Of a stretch of DNA of 64,000 nucleotides, positions 28,381 to 38,342 are shown one piece after another. Position numbers and translations under genes: made by a program. Numbering within the stretch: position 1 is the stretch's first letter; the number at the start of each line of letters is the position of its first letter. A model generated the notes under the pieces. It did not search any database. It saw only the letters and a list, made by a program, of their open reading frames with translations, and had not been told where the DNA came from. The DNA is from an uncultured cyanobacterium (GTDB taxonomy: Bacteria; Cyanobacteriota; Cyanobacteriia; Pseudanabaenales; Pseudanabaenaceae): the NCBI GenBank assembly GCA_963703315.1, contig OY969811.1, positions 1,728,001 to 1,792,000 on the forward strand. The letters run 5' to 3'.

Positions 28381-30291
28381 TCATGCTTTACGACACAAAT
28401 TTTGCCAATGTGTCCAGATGATGACCATTGCCATCGTATCAAGGCGGCAATATTGATAGAGCAGTTCTTTCCATTGCGATCGCACTGCTTGATTGTCAAT
28501 CCCATGATCGCGGTTTTCACCATACATCAAGTCTTGATAAGCTAGCATCGCTCCTGCACCTTCATTGACAACTTGGATGCGATCGCCGATTTGTAGTTGG
28601 CATAAAACATCGTAGGGACTGAGAATCTCTCCATCAACTTCGCGATAATATTCCTTAAAATAAGGGATTTCATGTAGATAGGGATTAGTTTTCCAAACCG
28701 CAGGTAACACACATTTTAGGGAAGTCCGTCCTTTCATGAGGGGATGGAAGTAATGTTTGAGAGTAAGTGCATTCATATCAACTAAATGCGATTTGCCCTT
28801 ATTGCCCAGTTTAGCCGTATTTGCCAACCATGTTTGTAGTTGTGGATTTTGATAGTTATAGGTTTCCATTTGATAGTAAATATCGCGCAACACACTATTC
28901 TCATGGGTTGCCCATGTCAAAATTGTCCCGCGATCGCCTAAGCATTCCATCAGGGATTCCGCAAATTGAAAATTGGGGAAAGTATTCTCCAGATCTAACC
29001 ATTCAGTTTGCATTGGTGTTGCATCTGGCTCAGTGATGGTGTGACAACTCCACTGGAAGGCAACCTGCTCATAGGGCTGCATTCCCGCACGATAGGGAAT
29101 CGCCATCCGTGAGGTTTCAAAATCGATAAAATGAATGGGATACTCAACCTGTTGAACGATTTTGGGCAAATATTCAGAAATCCATTCTTTGTTTTTTTGC
29201 GTATATTCAATCTGAATCAACTGACGATGACTGTAGGTATAATCATTAAGTTCTTCTAAAGGCACATGAAACATACTTACTTTCTTTTGCTGAATGAGTT
29301 CATTAACTAAAGGCGTTTCATGACCACCAATTCTTCCCATTTGATAGAGTTCTAATACATGGTGTTCGACTTCGGCAAGATCGCCCCAACATTCCTTAAA
29401 TCCATCACGAGGATCGCGATCGCTAGCTCGATATTCACAGCCTTTACAGCTTTTACTAATGGGAGCAAAAATTTCAGGCGATCGCTCGATCAAATATTTA
29501 ATATATGTTTGGGCGGAGGCGATCGTCGGCTCAACTAGTTCCGCCACTTCTGTTTCAATATTGACTTTAGTAAGTAATTGATCATTATAGATTTCTTGAA
29601 TATCACCTGTAAACTTAATCGCAATACCATTAAGCTTTGAGAAAGAATTGCGCTGTGTATATGAGCGCTGAATTTGGAAATAGGAGGCGAGATGGTCAAT
29701 GGCTGTAGTTTTATTTCTGTCGGGTACAAGCAAATAGGGAGAAATCTTGGCATCAAGACTGGGTAAATGTTCCCTGAGCATTTCTTGCAAAATTCCAACT
29801 TGATAGGCAACGTCTTCGATAATATATCTCCATTCACCGCCAACTTTGCCAGTACGTTTATTCCGAAAGATCGAGAGATTGCGATATTTAACTAAGTCCT
29901 CATGGATAGCACTATCAAAGCCTTTAGTTCTGATTTCAATAATCTCAAGGCGATCGCCTTCTTTGATCAGAATATCTGCACGAGCGAGCTTATGGTTAGA
30001 ATAGAGAACAGGCTCAAACAGAATTACATTCTCTTGTTGTAAATAGGTAAATGTCTCTTGAACTGCATTGGCAATACTTTCATCGGAGTTGAGATTGGCA
30101 GAGATATAAATGCCTTCAGGGTAGAGAAGGTGGGCAATCTTACTAATGATGAAATTCCCATCCGCTAATATTCTGGTATATGCATCTACTCGATCAACAG
30201 TAGGATAGCCCAACTTTTTGTAATAGAGTTTAGTCGTACAACTGCGGGCAGTCTTGAGATCGGATTTTGTCAGATAAATAGGATGGGGCAT
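28381..30291 (-). CDS. DUF2779-like nuclease (RecB/Cas4-like N-terminus + RNase H-like exonuclease domain)
   Basis: LTKS..C..KLYY, ADIL..IEIR, DVAYQ, CKGCEY..CW, HFIDFET, FQWSCH, SLKCVLP, YCRLDT. Confidence 0.75.
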   Translation of the reverse strand: MPHPIYLTKSDLKTARSCTTKLYYKKLGYPTVDRVDAYTRILADGNFIISKIAHLLYPEGIYISANLNSDESIANAVQETFTYLQQENVILFEPVLYSNHKLARADILIKEGDRLEIIEIRTKGFDSAIHEDLVKYRNLSIFRNKRTGKVGGEWRYIIEDVAYQVGILQEMLREHLPSLDAKISPYLLVPDRNKTTAIDHLASYFQIQRSYTQRNSFSKLNGIAIKFTGDIQEIYNDQLLTKVNIETEVAELVEPTIASAQTYIKYLIERSPEIFAPISKSCKGCEYRASDRDPRDGFKECWGDLAEVEHHVLELYQMGRIGGHETPLVNELIQQKKVSMFHVPLEELNDYTYSHRQLIQIEYTQKNKEWISEYLPKIVQQVEYPIHFIDFETSRMAIPYRAGMQPYEQVAFQWSCHTITEPDATPMQTEWLDLENTFPNFQFAESLMECLGDRGTILTWATHENSVLRDIYYQMETYNYQNPQLQTWLANTAKLGNKGKSHLVDMNALTLKHYFHPLMKGRTSLKCVLPAVWKTNPYLHEIPYFKEYYREVDGEILSPYDVLCQLQIGDRIQVVNEGAGAMLAYQDLMYGENRDHGIDNQAVRSQWKELLYQYCRLDTMAMVIIWTHWQNLCRKA

Positions 30292-30477
30292 ACTGCCTAG
30301 TAGTTTTAATGTTCTAAAGTTATAGGTTTCAAATTAAGATATATGGCATATTCCGCTATATATCTTAATTTTAAGCTAAGTAGTTAAGCATAAGTAAAGT
30401 TAAAGCCCAAAAGCTTGTGCCGCCCGCTAAGCGGGCGGCACAAGCTCTAAATTATTCATTTTTGAGGAGAGATTATA

Positions 30478-32454
30478 ATGCTAGCCGACTTTAAGCAAAA
30501 ACTTAAAGCTTTATCAAATCCTAAGTTTATTGGCTATGCAATGGTGGGCGCGATCGCGGCTTTGAGTGCGATCGCCACAGGATTCAGAATTAATGAAGTG
30601 CAAACCCTCGAACGTCAAACGCAATCCACATTTTTTAAATGGCGTGGCACAATTACACCCCCAAAAGATATTGTGATTTTGGCGATCGATGATTTATCCC
30701 TACGCCAAGGCGAATTCTATGATCCCAAAACTCGTCCTTTCCTAGAACCATTTCGCACAACTACATGGAAACGAGCCGTCTATGCCCAAGTCCTCGAAAA
30801 GCTGGTTAAGGCGGGTGCAAAAGTCGTCGCCTTTGATATTTTGTTTGTGACACTAGGGGATCATGGGGCTGCCGATGATCAAAAATTGCAAGCAGCGATC
30901 GCAAAATATGGCGATCGCGCAGTCTTTGCCGCTAATTATGAATTTACGCAAATTGGCGAAGCGCGTATTTTACAGCTTGCTTCTCCTGAACCACTTTTCC
31001 CCATCAAACCAAATACCTTAGGACTGATTAATTTTCAACCTGAAGTAACAGGAAATATTCATCGTGTAGGCGTAAAAACTCCCGCCGATAGTGGCTTACC
31101 GATAGTTCCAGATTTTGCAACTTCTATCCTCAATATCGCCAAAGTAAATTATCCCAAACCGAAAGGTGATGGCATTTATTTTTTTGGGGGAAGTGGGACA
31201 TGGCTCAATGCTCAACAACAGATTCCCTTTTATTATGTGGTCGATCCTGAAAATTGGCGTAATGAGCCGCTTCAAGATGGTAAATTTTTTAAAGATAAAA
31301 TCGTCTTGATTGGTGCAACTGCGGCATCCAAACAGGATATCCAAAACTCGGCAATGGGCAGAATGGCAGGAGTTGAAATTCATGCCAATGCGATCGCCAC
31401 CCTCATGCAGGGAAAAAGTATTGCCGAATTATTTGCAACTCCTTTACAGGAATCCATTTTTATCTTTTTATTAGTCGGAATTTCAGGAGGTCTGCTTTGT
31501 CGGTTCAAGCGTCCGAGTATGCAGATATTAACGGCTTTGGGCATTGCGATCGCATGGATCGGCATTGGCTATGTCAGCTTTATCTATACCAGTACGATTC
31601 TGCCCGTCGCAATTCCTGCGATCGCCGTTAGCTTAAATGGAATTGCCCTCCTCAGTACAGGTTCCATCGCTGACCAAATTGATAAGATTTTACTTCGTCG
31701 CACTCTAGAACGCTATGTTGCTGCCCCCATAGTTGAAGAGATCGTCAATCAGCCCGACAGTTTTCGTGATTTATTAGAAGGTCGAACCATCAAAGCGGCA
31801 GTGCTATTTTCGGATATTCGGGGCTTTACGACTTTATCTAGCCGTCTTCCTGCCAAACTACTGATTCAACAATTAAATATTTATCTTGGGAGTATGGTCG
31901 ATGCGATTTTGGAATATCAAGGCACAATTGATAAATTTATTGGTGATGCGATTATGGCAGAGTTTGGCTCACCAGTTTCGCGAGGTGAGAAAGTAGATGC
32001 GATGAATGCCATCCATGCAGCACTAAATATGCGATCAGCACTAATGGAACTACGCGATCTTTGGAAATCTGAGAATAAAATTCCTTTCTCTAATGGGATT
32101 GGTATTAACTATGGAGAAGTCACCGTTGGGAATATTGGCTCTGCACGCCGTCTGGAGTATGCAGTAATTGGTGATGCAGTCAATGTTGCGAGTCGAGTTG
32201 AAGGGATGACGAAGGAACTCGGCACAGACATTGTGATTACTGGCGCTCTTTATGAGATTGTCCAAGATGAGATTGATGTAGTTGATCTTGGAGAACATCC
32301 TCTCAAGGGTAGAGTGGGGAATGTCCATCTCTATGGGGTAATTTGTCTAAAAGGTGGCGATCGCAGTATTTATGAACAAGTTCAACATGACTTGAAGCGT
32401 CATACGGCGGTAATTGATATTCTCAAAAAAGGACAAATCCCTAAAATTCTATAA
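30478..32454 (+). CDS. CHASE2-domain adenylate/guanylate cyclase
   Basis: IVILAIDD, GAKVVAFDILF, MAGVEIHANAI (CHASE2); LFSDIRGFT, DKFIGDAIMA, IGDAVNVASRVEG. Confidence 0.95.
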   Translation: MLADFKQKLKALSNPKFIGYAMVGAIAALSAIATGFRINEVQTLERQTQSTFFKWRGTITPPKDIVILAIDDLSLRQGEFYDPKTRPFLEPFRTTTWKRAVYAQVLEKLVKAGAKVVAFDILFVTLGDHGAADDQKLQAAIAKYGDRAVFAANYEFTQIGEARILQLASPEPLFPIKPNTLGLINFQPEVTGNIHRVGVKTPADSGLPIVPDFATSILNIAKVNYPKPKGDGIYFFGGSGTWLNAQQQIPFYYVVDPENWRNEPLQDGKFFKDKIVLIGATAASKQDIQNSAMGRMAGVEIHANAIATLMQGKSIAELFATPLQESIFIFLLVGISGGLLCRFKRPSMQILTALGIAIAWIGIGYVSFIYTSTILPVAIPAIAVSLNGIALLSTGSIADQIDKILLRRTLERYVAAPIVEEIVNQPDSFRDLLEGRTIKAAVLFSDIRGFTTLSSRLPAKLLIQQLNIYLGSMVDAILEYQGTIDKFIGDAIMAEFGSPVSRGEKVDAMNAIHAALNMRSALMELRDLWKSENKIPFSNGIGINYGEVTVGNIGSARRLEYAVIGDAVNVASRVEGMTKELGTDIVITGALYEIVQDEIDVVDLGEHPLKGRVGNVHLYGVICLKGGDRSIYEQVQHDLKRHTAVIDILKKGQIPKIL

Positions 32455-32495
32455 AAAACCAAATTTTGTGGTGCGGCTTCGCCGCGCCACAAAAT

Positions 32496-32930
32496 TTAAC
32501 CCGTACAACTTTTTAAGATTACGCCAACAACTACACCGATACCGCCAAAACGGACGATCTGCCAAAATGGTTCACGAAAACTACTCCATGAGAGCAGACG
32601 ACTTTCCAGATCAGCTTCAATTTGTTCGATTTGGTCATCTAGGGCTTGTAATTGCTTGAGTAGCTCCTCTTTATGGGGGTTAGATTGATCATGGCGAGAA
32701 TTAGGCTGGCGGCGAATTTTTTGGTTTTTATTTCTGTTTTTATTTCTATGGGGGCGATCGCCTGAAATATTTTGAATTTGCGCTCTGACCTGTTCCTGTT
32801 GCGTTTGCAGTTCATGCTGCTTGAGCGAATCACGCCGCACCTGTAGAAAACGTTGTTCGATTTCTTCTAATACTTCTCTAGTTTCTTGGAGTTGAGCTTC
32901 TACATCGCTCCAATCAGAAATTTCTGTCAC
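32496..32930 (-). CDS. Coiled-coil hypothetical protein with C-terminal TM
   Basis: Coiled coil, then LESRLLSW..FWQIVRFGGIGVVVG; probable GTG start at 32930, since the ORF upstream of it runs through a repeat hairpin. Confidence 0.7.
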   Translation of the reverse strand: MTEISDWSDVEAQLQETREVLEEIEQRFLQVRRDSLKQHELQTQQEQVRAQIQNISGDRPHRNKNRNKNQKIRRQPNSRHDQSNPHKEELLKQLQALDDQIEQIEADLESRLLSWSSFREPFWQIVRFGGIGVVVGVILKSCTG

Positions 32931-33019
32931 AGCATCAATAAATAAAGGGGATTGATCAATGAATTTTACCGTTTTTTGTGGCGCGGCAAAGCCGTGCCAC
33001 AAAAAATCTAGTTTTGATT

Positions 33020-34675
33020 TTAAAAACAAATTGGTTTAGTGCGATTTGCTGCTACCCAACCTGCGATCGGCTCAGAGATTTTTAACCAACCCTGCTGTTC
33101 GCTCTGAACCGTAATTTGTGTGCCATTATCCATCTTGCCAACGATCGCATAATCCACACCTGCACCTTGACGGACATTAATTGGTGGCTGGGGATCGGAG
33201 ACTAGACGTTTAGTAGACTTACATTGAGGATTGTTTGCATTTTGAGAAGTATTAGGCTTTTTGGCTAATCGATCTTGAAACTCCTGAATGTATTTCACAT
33301 TCTGTGTTTCGACTGGGGTGAGCAAATCTTCAGGAAACTTATCAGGAGCATATAGTGGTTTGTACCAAGGCTGGATATTGAAATAGGACTGCAATTCAGA
33401 ATCTTTGAAGCGACCACCATAACGGGCAAATATTTCATTACGCATAATATCTAGTTCTAGAGTACTTCTATCTACCAAATCTTGATCGGCAATCGGTCGT
33501 TCAGAGAGGAATAGATATTTCGCCCCGGGTGAACTAGACATAATACTCATATCATTTTTGATCCCAATGGATGGACGCAGCAACATAACTCCACTAATAG
33601 ACGCGATCGCCAATATGATGCCCCCTGAGATCATGATCAAGCGATTTTTACGGCTAACTTGCAAATAATCTCTGGGCGAAACTCTGGGTGAAACCGTTGT
33701 AGGAATATTTCCCCTGTCATTTTCCTTGTCATTTAAAGATAATCTTCTTATTAAATCTGGAAAATCAGTTTGTACGGTTGTCGCTAATAGAGTTGGTGCA
33801 GGTGCTGCTAAATGTTGTAAATCTGTCAATACGGCTGTGGCGGACTGATAGCGATCGCGAAAGTCGTATTTGATTAATTTGTCAATCACCTTGGCAAACT
33901 CATCGCTGACTTGAGCGCGATATTTAAAAGCCGCATGGTCTGGAGAACTGCGCCAAGCGATTTCTCCTGTCTCCAGATCTTCAGATAGTAAGTTAGGTGC
34001 AACTCCTGTCAGTCCTTGAATAGCGATCGCCCCCACCGCATAGAGATCGCTACAGGGGCGCGGTTTACCGATCGCTTGCTCATTAGGCATATAACCATCA
34101 GTACCGATCGCAACCGTAGATTTTACATTGGAGGCAATTGCCAGTGCTGTTTCTACCTGTTTTACAGCCCCAAAATCGATGAGTACCAATTTGCCATCAC
34201 TACGCCGCCGCATCAAGTTAGAGGGTTTAATGTCTCGATGGATTGCCCCTTGTTGATGCACAAATACCAGAATCTCTAGGACATCAATCAAAAAAGCGAT
34301 CGCCTGTATCTGATTCATCCTTCCTATTGGATAGCCATCGGTAGCTCGATCAATAGATGTAATTTCGTGAGTAAGCTCATCGCCTTCAATTAGTTCTTGC
34401 ACTAAATAAAATTCATGATCTTCAGCAAAATGCGCTAGTAAACGGGGAATGCGATCGTGGCTGCCAAGTTTATGGAGAACCCTTGCCTCAGTCTCAAATA
34501 AACGACTCGCAATTTCCAATACAGACTTATCGCTAGAATTAGGCTTTAGACGTTTAACAACGCATTTGTGATGATCTGGTAGCTGCAAATCTTCAGCCAA
34601 AAAGGTTTGACCAAATCCGCCACCTCCAAGGCTTTGGATAATTTGATATCTCCCACTAATTACTTTGCCAATCAT
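33020..34675 (-). CDS. Membrane Ser/Thr kinase with YARHG-like and SH3 domains
   Basis: LGGGGFGQT, VVK, HRDIKPSN, DFG; TM helix; RNEIFARYG..YF..QPWY; INVRQGAG..GWV. Confidence 0.93.
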   Translation of the reverse strand: MIGKVISGRYQIIQSLGGGGFGQTFLAEDLQLPDHHKCVVKRLKPNSSDKSVLEIASRLFETEARVLHKLGSHDRIPRLLAHFAEDHEFYLVQELIEGDELTHEITSIDRATDGYPIGRMNQIQAIAFLIDVLEILVFVHQQGAIHRDIKPSNLMRRRSDGKLVLIDFGAVKQVETALAIASNVKSTVAIGTDGYMPNEQAIGKPRPCSDLYAVGAIAIQGLTGVAPNLLSEDLETGEIAWRSSPDHAAFKYRAQVSDEFAKVIDKLIKYDFRDRYQSATAVLTDLQHLAAPAPTLLATTVQTDFPDLIRRLSLNDKENDRGNIPTTVSPRVSPRDYLQVSRKNRLIMISGGIILAIASISGVMLLRPSIGIKNDMSIMSSSPGAKYLFLSERPIADQDLVDRSTLELDIMRNEIFARYGGRFKDSELQSYFNIQPWYKPLYAPDKFPEDLLTPVETQNVKYIQEFQDRLAKKPNTSQNANNPQCKSTKRLVSDPQPPINVRQGAGVDYAIVGKMDNGTQITVQSEQQGWLKISEPIAGWVAANRTKPICF

Positions 34676-34732
34676 GTATAGGTAAACCAATTAAAGTAGA
34701 GGGCGCTAAGCGCCTTTCTACTTTAATTGGTT

Positions 34733-37135
34733 TCATAACTTTTGACTATAGCGCGATCGCTCTATGCGTAATGCATCAGTCGCTCTCTGTACCTCGATCG
34801 CTACCCGTGATAAGCAAGCATAAATCAACACCACGTAATTAGCCTTAACTGCTGATTCTAGTTGGCGGCATTGATAGGAAAGGGTTAATGCACCAATGTA
34901 ATCGCTACTGGTACGCAATGTATTTAATGATTGTAAAAGTTTGATGTGATCATTACTTGCAAGCGATCGATCAATCATTTGCACGAGGTGAGGTGCATCT
35001 TCTAAATATGAGTCAATCACATTTAATAAAAACTCGATTGCTTTAGGAGCATTCTTCTCGTAACCTGCGATCTCTAAAATTGTTTCCATAAACTGTAGCT
35101 CAAGCGCAGGATCTTCCTCTTCTTCTAAAGATGCGTCAGATGTGACAGATTCATCAACCTGTAAATCATCAATTTGCTCAACTTCTGATCCACTTATTTC
35201 TGGAGTTGGAGCATTTTCTAACTCAGTTACTTGCGGTTCACCTAGTTCTACATCTAAAGCAACTACTTCAGTCTCAGGATTTTCTAGCTCAGATGTTTCT
35301 GGTTCACCTGACTCTAGATCATTTGATTCTTGTGCAGAGATTTCACTTTCAGCAAAGTCAGCAAGGTCTAGCTCAACAACTCCTAAGACAATCATATTTT
35401 GATCAGCTTCTATCAATTCGAGCGATTCTATTGCTTCTAAGACAATTAGATTTTGACTAGATTCTGCTAATTTGCTCGCTTCTATTGCTTCTAAGACAAG
35501 CACGTTTTGATCGGACTCTGACGATTCGATCGCCTCTAAAGTAAGTAACTTCACCTCAGATTCTTCTAGCTGTGGATCTTGTACTTGAGATGATTCCGAA
35601 GTAATTACTTCGGAATCATCTAATTTCAGAAAATTTGATTCTTGTTCAGAGCTATCATTAATCTGTATTTCGGCAATCTGTGTTTCGGCAGTTTCTAAGG
35701 CGATCGCCTCTTGCTCAGCTTCTACTATTTCTAAATTTTCTACTAGATCTAATTGTGATTCATCTAATTGTATTTCGACATTTTCAGGATCAGATTCTTC
35801 TACCTCGACGACATCAGGGACAATATTTTCAGGTACTTCTATACCAGTTACTTCTTGCTGAGATGTGTCGCTGTTAGGGATATCAACCTCAGCTACAGCG
35901 ACCTCTTGCATTTCAATTTCTATCTCTTCATCCGTCAACTCAGATAAAGATGCATTAGAATCTGGAGCTAAAAATAATGGTGGTAATCCATTTTGCGAGA
36001 TGGGATCATATTTCAGATCAGCAATTTCTTCTGAATGATTAACTAATCCTGATAATGTACTCTCTTCTTCATCTAAATCTTGCTCAACCTGACTAGCTTC
36101 TAAAGCATCAGGCTCTAAGTCTTGACTGATAAGTTCATCTTGATTAACTAAATCATCTGGCTCCACTAAATGATCTTGTTCTTGCTCAACCTGACTAGCT
36201 TCTAAAGCATCAGGTTCTAGATCTTGAATCTCGAAATTTTGGCTAATCAAGTTTTCATTTTCTGCATCGGCAATCACCACCTGATCAATTGGTGTAATCA
36301 CTGTCGCATCATCAATAATAGTGACATCTGTAACAGTCGAATTAGTAGCACTTTCTGACATTTTCACAACAGTTTGCTGCAAACTGTCTAGCTCAGTTCG
36401 TAAATTTTGTAAATCATCACTTAGAGATTGAGATTGCTGGCGTAAGTTTGTTAAAGAAAGCGCAATGCCAATTTGGGCGGTAATTAATGATAGAGAAGTG
36501 CGATCGCTTTCTGACCAACTATGATAGACGCTCCCGTGAAAAGCTACTAGAGTCCCCCAAACCTCTTGTCCTGCATAGATTTTATTCGCAGCATAAGAAG
36601 AAATTCCAATCTGTTCGAGCAGTGTCACGATATGTGAAGAAAGGCTAGAACTACGAATGCTATCAACTGTTTGCGTCAAATGTTCGGTATCTGTGGACTC
36701 GATCATGTGACGTGCCAATGAAAGCTGTCTTTCGGGCATATCGGCGATAGATTGCACCCCTGCGGCGATCGCATCAGTGACAAACTCCCCCCTGCCATCG
36801 GGATAACAGCGAAAAATTGCCACCCGATCTACCTGTAATAATTTCTGGGCAACTTGGACAGCAACTTGCAAAACTAGCTCTAAGGATGGCGATCGCTGAA
36901 TGGCATCAGCAAGCTGAGCAAGGGCTTTTTCCCTAGCAATAATATTGCTAAACAGATCTGAAGCTTGGGTGTCTGATGACTGATCTGATGACTGTGATGA
37001 CATCAGTTGGGTGTACCGAGCTTCCCAGTTAAGTTGATGGACACGCTCCTGCTGCACCAAAATCGCTTTGAGGTGTTCGTAGGCGGCGCGATCGCGACAT
37101 AAGTAGCGAATTTGATCTAAGAGGGTAGAATCCAT
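34733..37135 (-). CDS. GAF domain + long acidic linker + Hpt-like domain
   Basis: LLQVDRVAIFR, WGTLVAFH..WSESD..L (GAF); E/D-rich repeats; C-terminal YLEDAP..LNTLRTSSDYIGA..CRQLE. Confidence 0.8.
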   Translation of the reverse strand: MDSTLLDQIRYLCRDRAAYEHLKAILVQQERVHQLNWEARYTQLMSSQSSDQSSDTQASDLFSNIIAREKALAQLADAIQRSPSLELVLQVAVQVAQKLLQVDRVAIFRCYPDGRGEFVTDAIAAGVQSIADMPERQLSLARHMIESTDTEHLTQTVDSIRSSSLSSHIVTLLEQIGISSYAANKIYAGQEVWGTLVAFHGSVYHSWSESDRTSLSLITAQIGIALSLTNLRQQSQSLSDDLQNLRTELDSLQQTVVKMSESATNSTVTDVTIIDDATVITPIDQVVIADAENENLISQNFEIQDLEPDALEASQVEQEQDHLVEPDDLVNQDELISQDLEPDALEASQVEQDLDEEESTLSGLVNHSEEIADLKYDPISQNGLPPLFLAPDSNASLSELTDEEIEIEMQEVAVAEVDIPNSDTSQQEVTGIEVPENIVPDVVEVEESDPENVEIQLDESQLDLVENLEIVEAEQEAIALETAETQIAEIQINDSSEQESNFLKLDDSEVITSESSQVQDPQLEESEVKLLTLEAIESSESDQNVLVLEAIEASKLAESSQNLIVLEAIESLELIEADQNMIVLGVVELDLADFAESEISAQESNDLESGEPETSELENPETEVVALDVELGEPQVTELENAPTPEISGSEVEQIDDLQVDESVTSDASLEEEEDPALELQFMETILEIAGYEKNAPKAIEFLLNVIDSYLEDAPHLVQMIDRSLASNDHIKLLQSLNTLRTSSDYIGALTLSYQCRQLESAVKANYVVLIYACLSRVAIEVQRATDALRIERSRYSQKL

Positions 37136-37260
37136 GGGTACAAACGACGATCCACGAATATGTTCTAGCGTTGCTTAGATAGGGTTTTACTCTATCTAGA
37201 CTACAAATCTTAGCTGACTTAATTTCGCGATCGCATGAGACACAAAGCGTAACTTTAGGG

Positions 37261-37470
37261 CGTAATACCAAAACTAAAAATGGCATAGCCATTTTTAGTT
37301 TTGAAAACCCTTGCTGGGTTTGTTTTTAATTCACGAAAGTGTGACAACACTTTCGTGAATTGGTATAACTTTAGGCGCGACCAAAAGAATTACAAGAAAA
37401 ATTTTAAAAGCGTTGCAAAGCAACGCTTTTAAAATTTTTCTTGGTTCGGGTTTGAGCGCAAAGCGCTGTA
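37261..37470. repeat. Cluster of palindromic MITE-like elements
   Basis: ATACCAA...TTGGTAT element with two internal hairpins, then AAAAGCGTTGC-AAA-GCAACGCTTTT; relatives at 38303-38339 and 50329-50389. Confidence 0.7.
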
Positions 37471-37487
37471 AAATCATGATTAAACAG

Positions 37488-37591
37488 TAAGTAGCTAGGC
37501 TAAATTAAATATAAAACCCCAAAACCTGTGGCGCACGCGCAGCGTGCGCCACAGGTTTTGGCTCTAGTTTTTAATTATGCCCCGCTACTTA
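37488..37591. mobile_element. MITE-like element, TAAGTAGC...GCTACTTA family
   Basis: Terminal inverted repeats with a central GGCGCACGC-GCA-GCGTGCGCC hairpin; near-identical copy at 59617-59722; partial copies at about 2880, 14009, 27635 and 30377. Confidence 0.75.
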
Positions 37592-37624
37592 AATAATTTA
37601 GAAAAGTCTTGTAAGTCAAAAACT

Positions 37625-38260
37625 ATGGTGCGCTATACCCTTGCCCAGAGTCCTGAAGTCGTCCTGACCGTTGCTGGCAAAGATTCGTCAAAAGCACGCG
37701 AAAAGGCAATGGTAGAACTGATCGAATTAATGGACTCAGGCAAACTCGATACTGATCTTGCCGATGGCTTTAGTCCCGACCAATTTATAGAAGTGAGAGA
37801 ACTTTCCATGTCTGAAGATCGCGAAGATCCTATTACTCAAGCCGTACAAGTCTTAAATAACCTTGCCACGCTGAAAATTAAAGTGCAAGAATTGCGCTCC
37901 GATGCGATGCAAGTGCGATCGCAGATTGATATTTTGTTTAGTGATGAGATGGTCTCTGAGGAGCAAATTAATAGTATTAAGGAAGGTTTTAAAACCCTCA
38001 AAAGTTTCGCTCAGCTTAATATGAAGTTTCTAGATGCGCGATCGCAAGCCGAAAATGCGCGTCAAGTCCTTGATGAAGCACTCCAATCTCCCTACTCAGA
38101 ATTAAAAACCTCTACTCCATCCCCTGTTGAAGTTGTCAATGAGCCTACACCTGAAATTGACAATACACCTGAAGTTGACAATACAGAAGAATCTGCAAAT
38201 GAACCAATAGTCTCCGTCGAGATTCCCATCAGCAAATCCACAAAATCTGCCAAAAAATAA
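37625..38260 (+). CDS. Conserved cyanobacterial hypothetical protein
   Basis: MVRYTLAQSPEVVLTVAGKDSSKAREKAM..; the upstream ORF extension lies inside a repeat. Confidence 0.75.
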   Translation: MVRYTLAQSPEVVLTVAGKDSSKAREKAMVELIELMDSGKLDTDLADGFSPDQFIEVRELSMSEDREDPITQAVQVLNNLATLKIKVQELRSDAMQVRSQIDILFSDEMVSEEQINSIKEGFKTLKSFAQLNMKFLDARSQAENARQVLDEALQSPYSELKTSTPSPVEVVNEPTPEIDNTPEVDNTEESANEPIVSVEIPISKSTKSAKK

Positions 38261-38342
38261 AAAAGAGAGGGCAAGTGCTTTGCACTTGCCCTCTCTTTTT
38301 TAAACCAAATACAAAATGGCATAGCCATTTTATATTTGGAAA

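Noticed and set aside
23239..30291. Integrated plasmid or prophage (ParA + integrase + TA)
   Set aside because: No rep, parB, conjugation or phage structural genes, no att duplication seen, and parA and the recombinase carry host HIP1 sites.
37261..37591. CRISPR array or ncRNA in the palindrome cluster
   Set aside because: No regularly spaced direct repeats; the pieces match dispersed repeat families seen elsewhere in the window.
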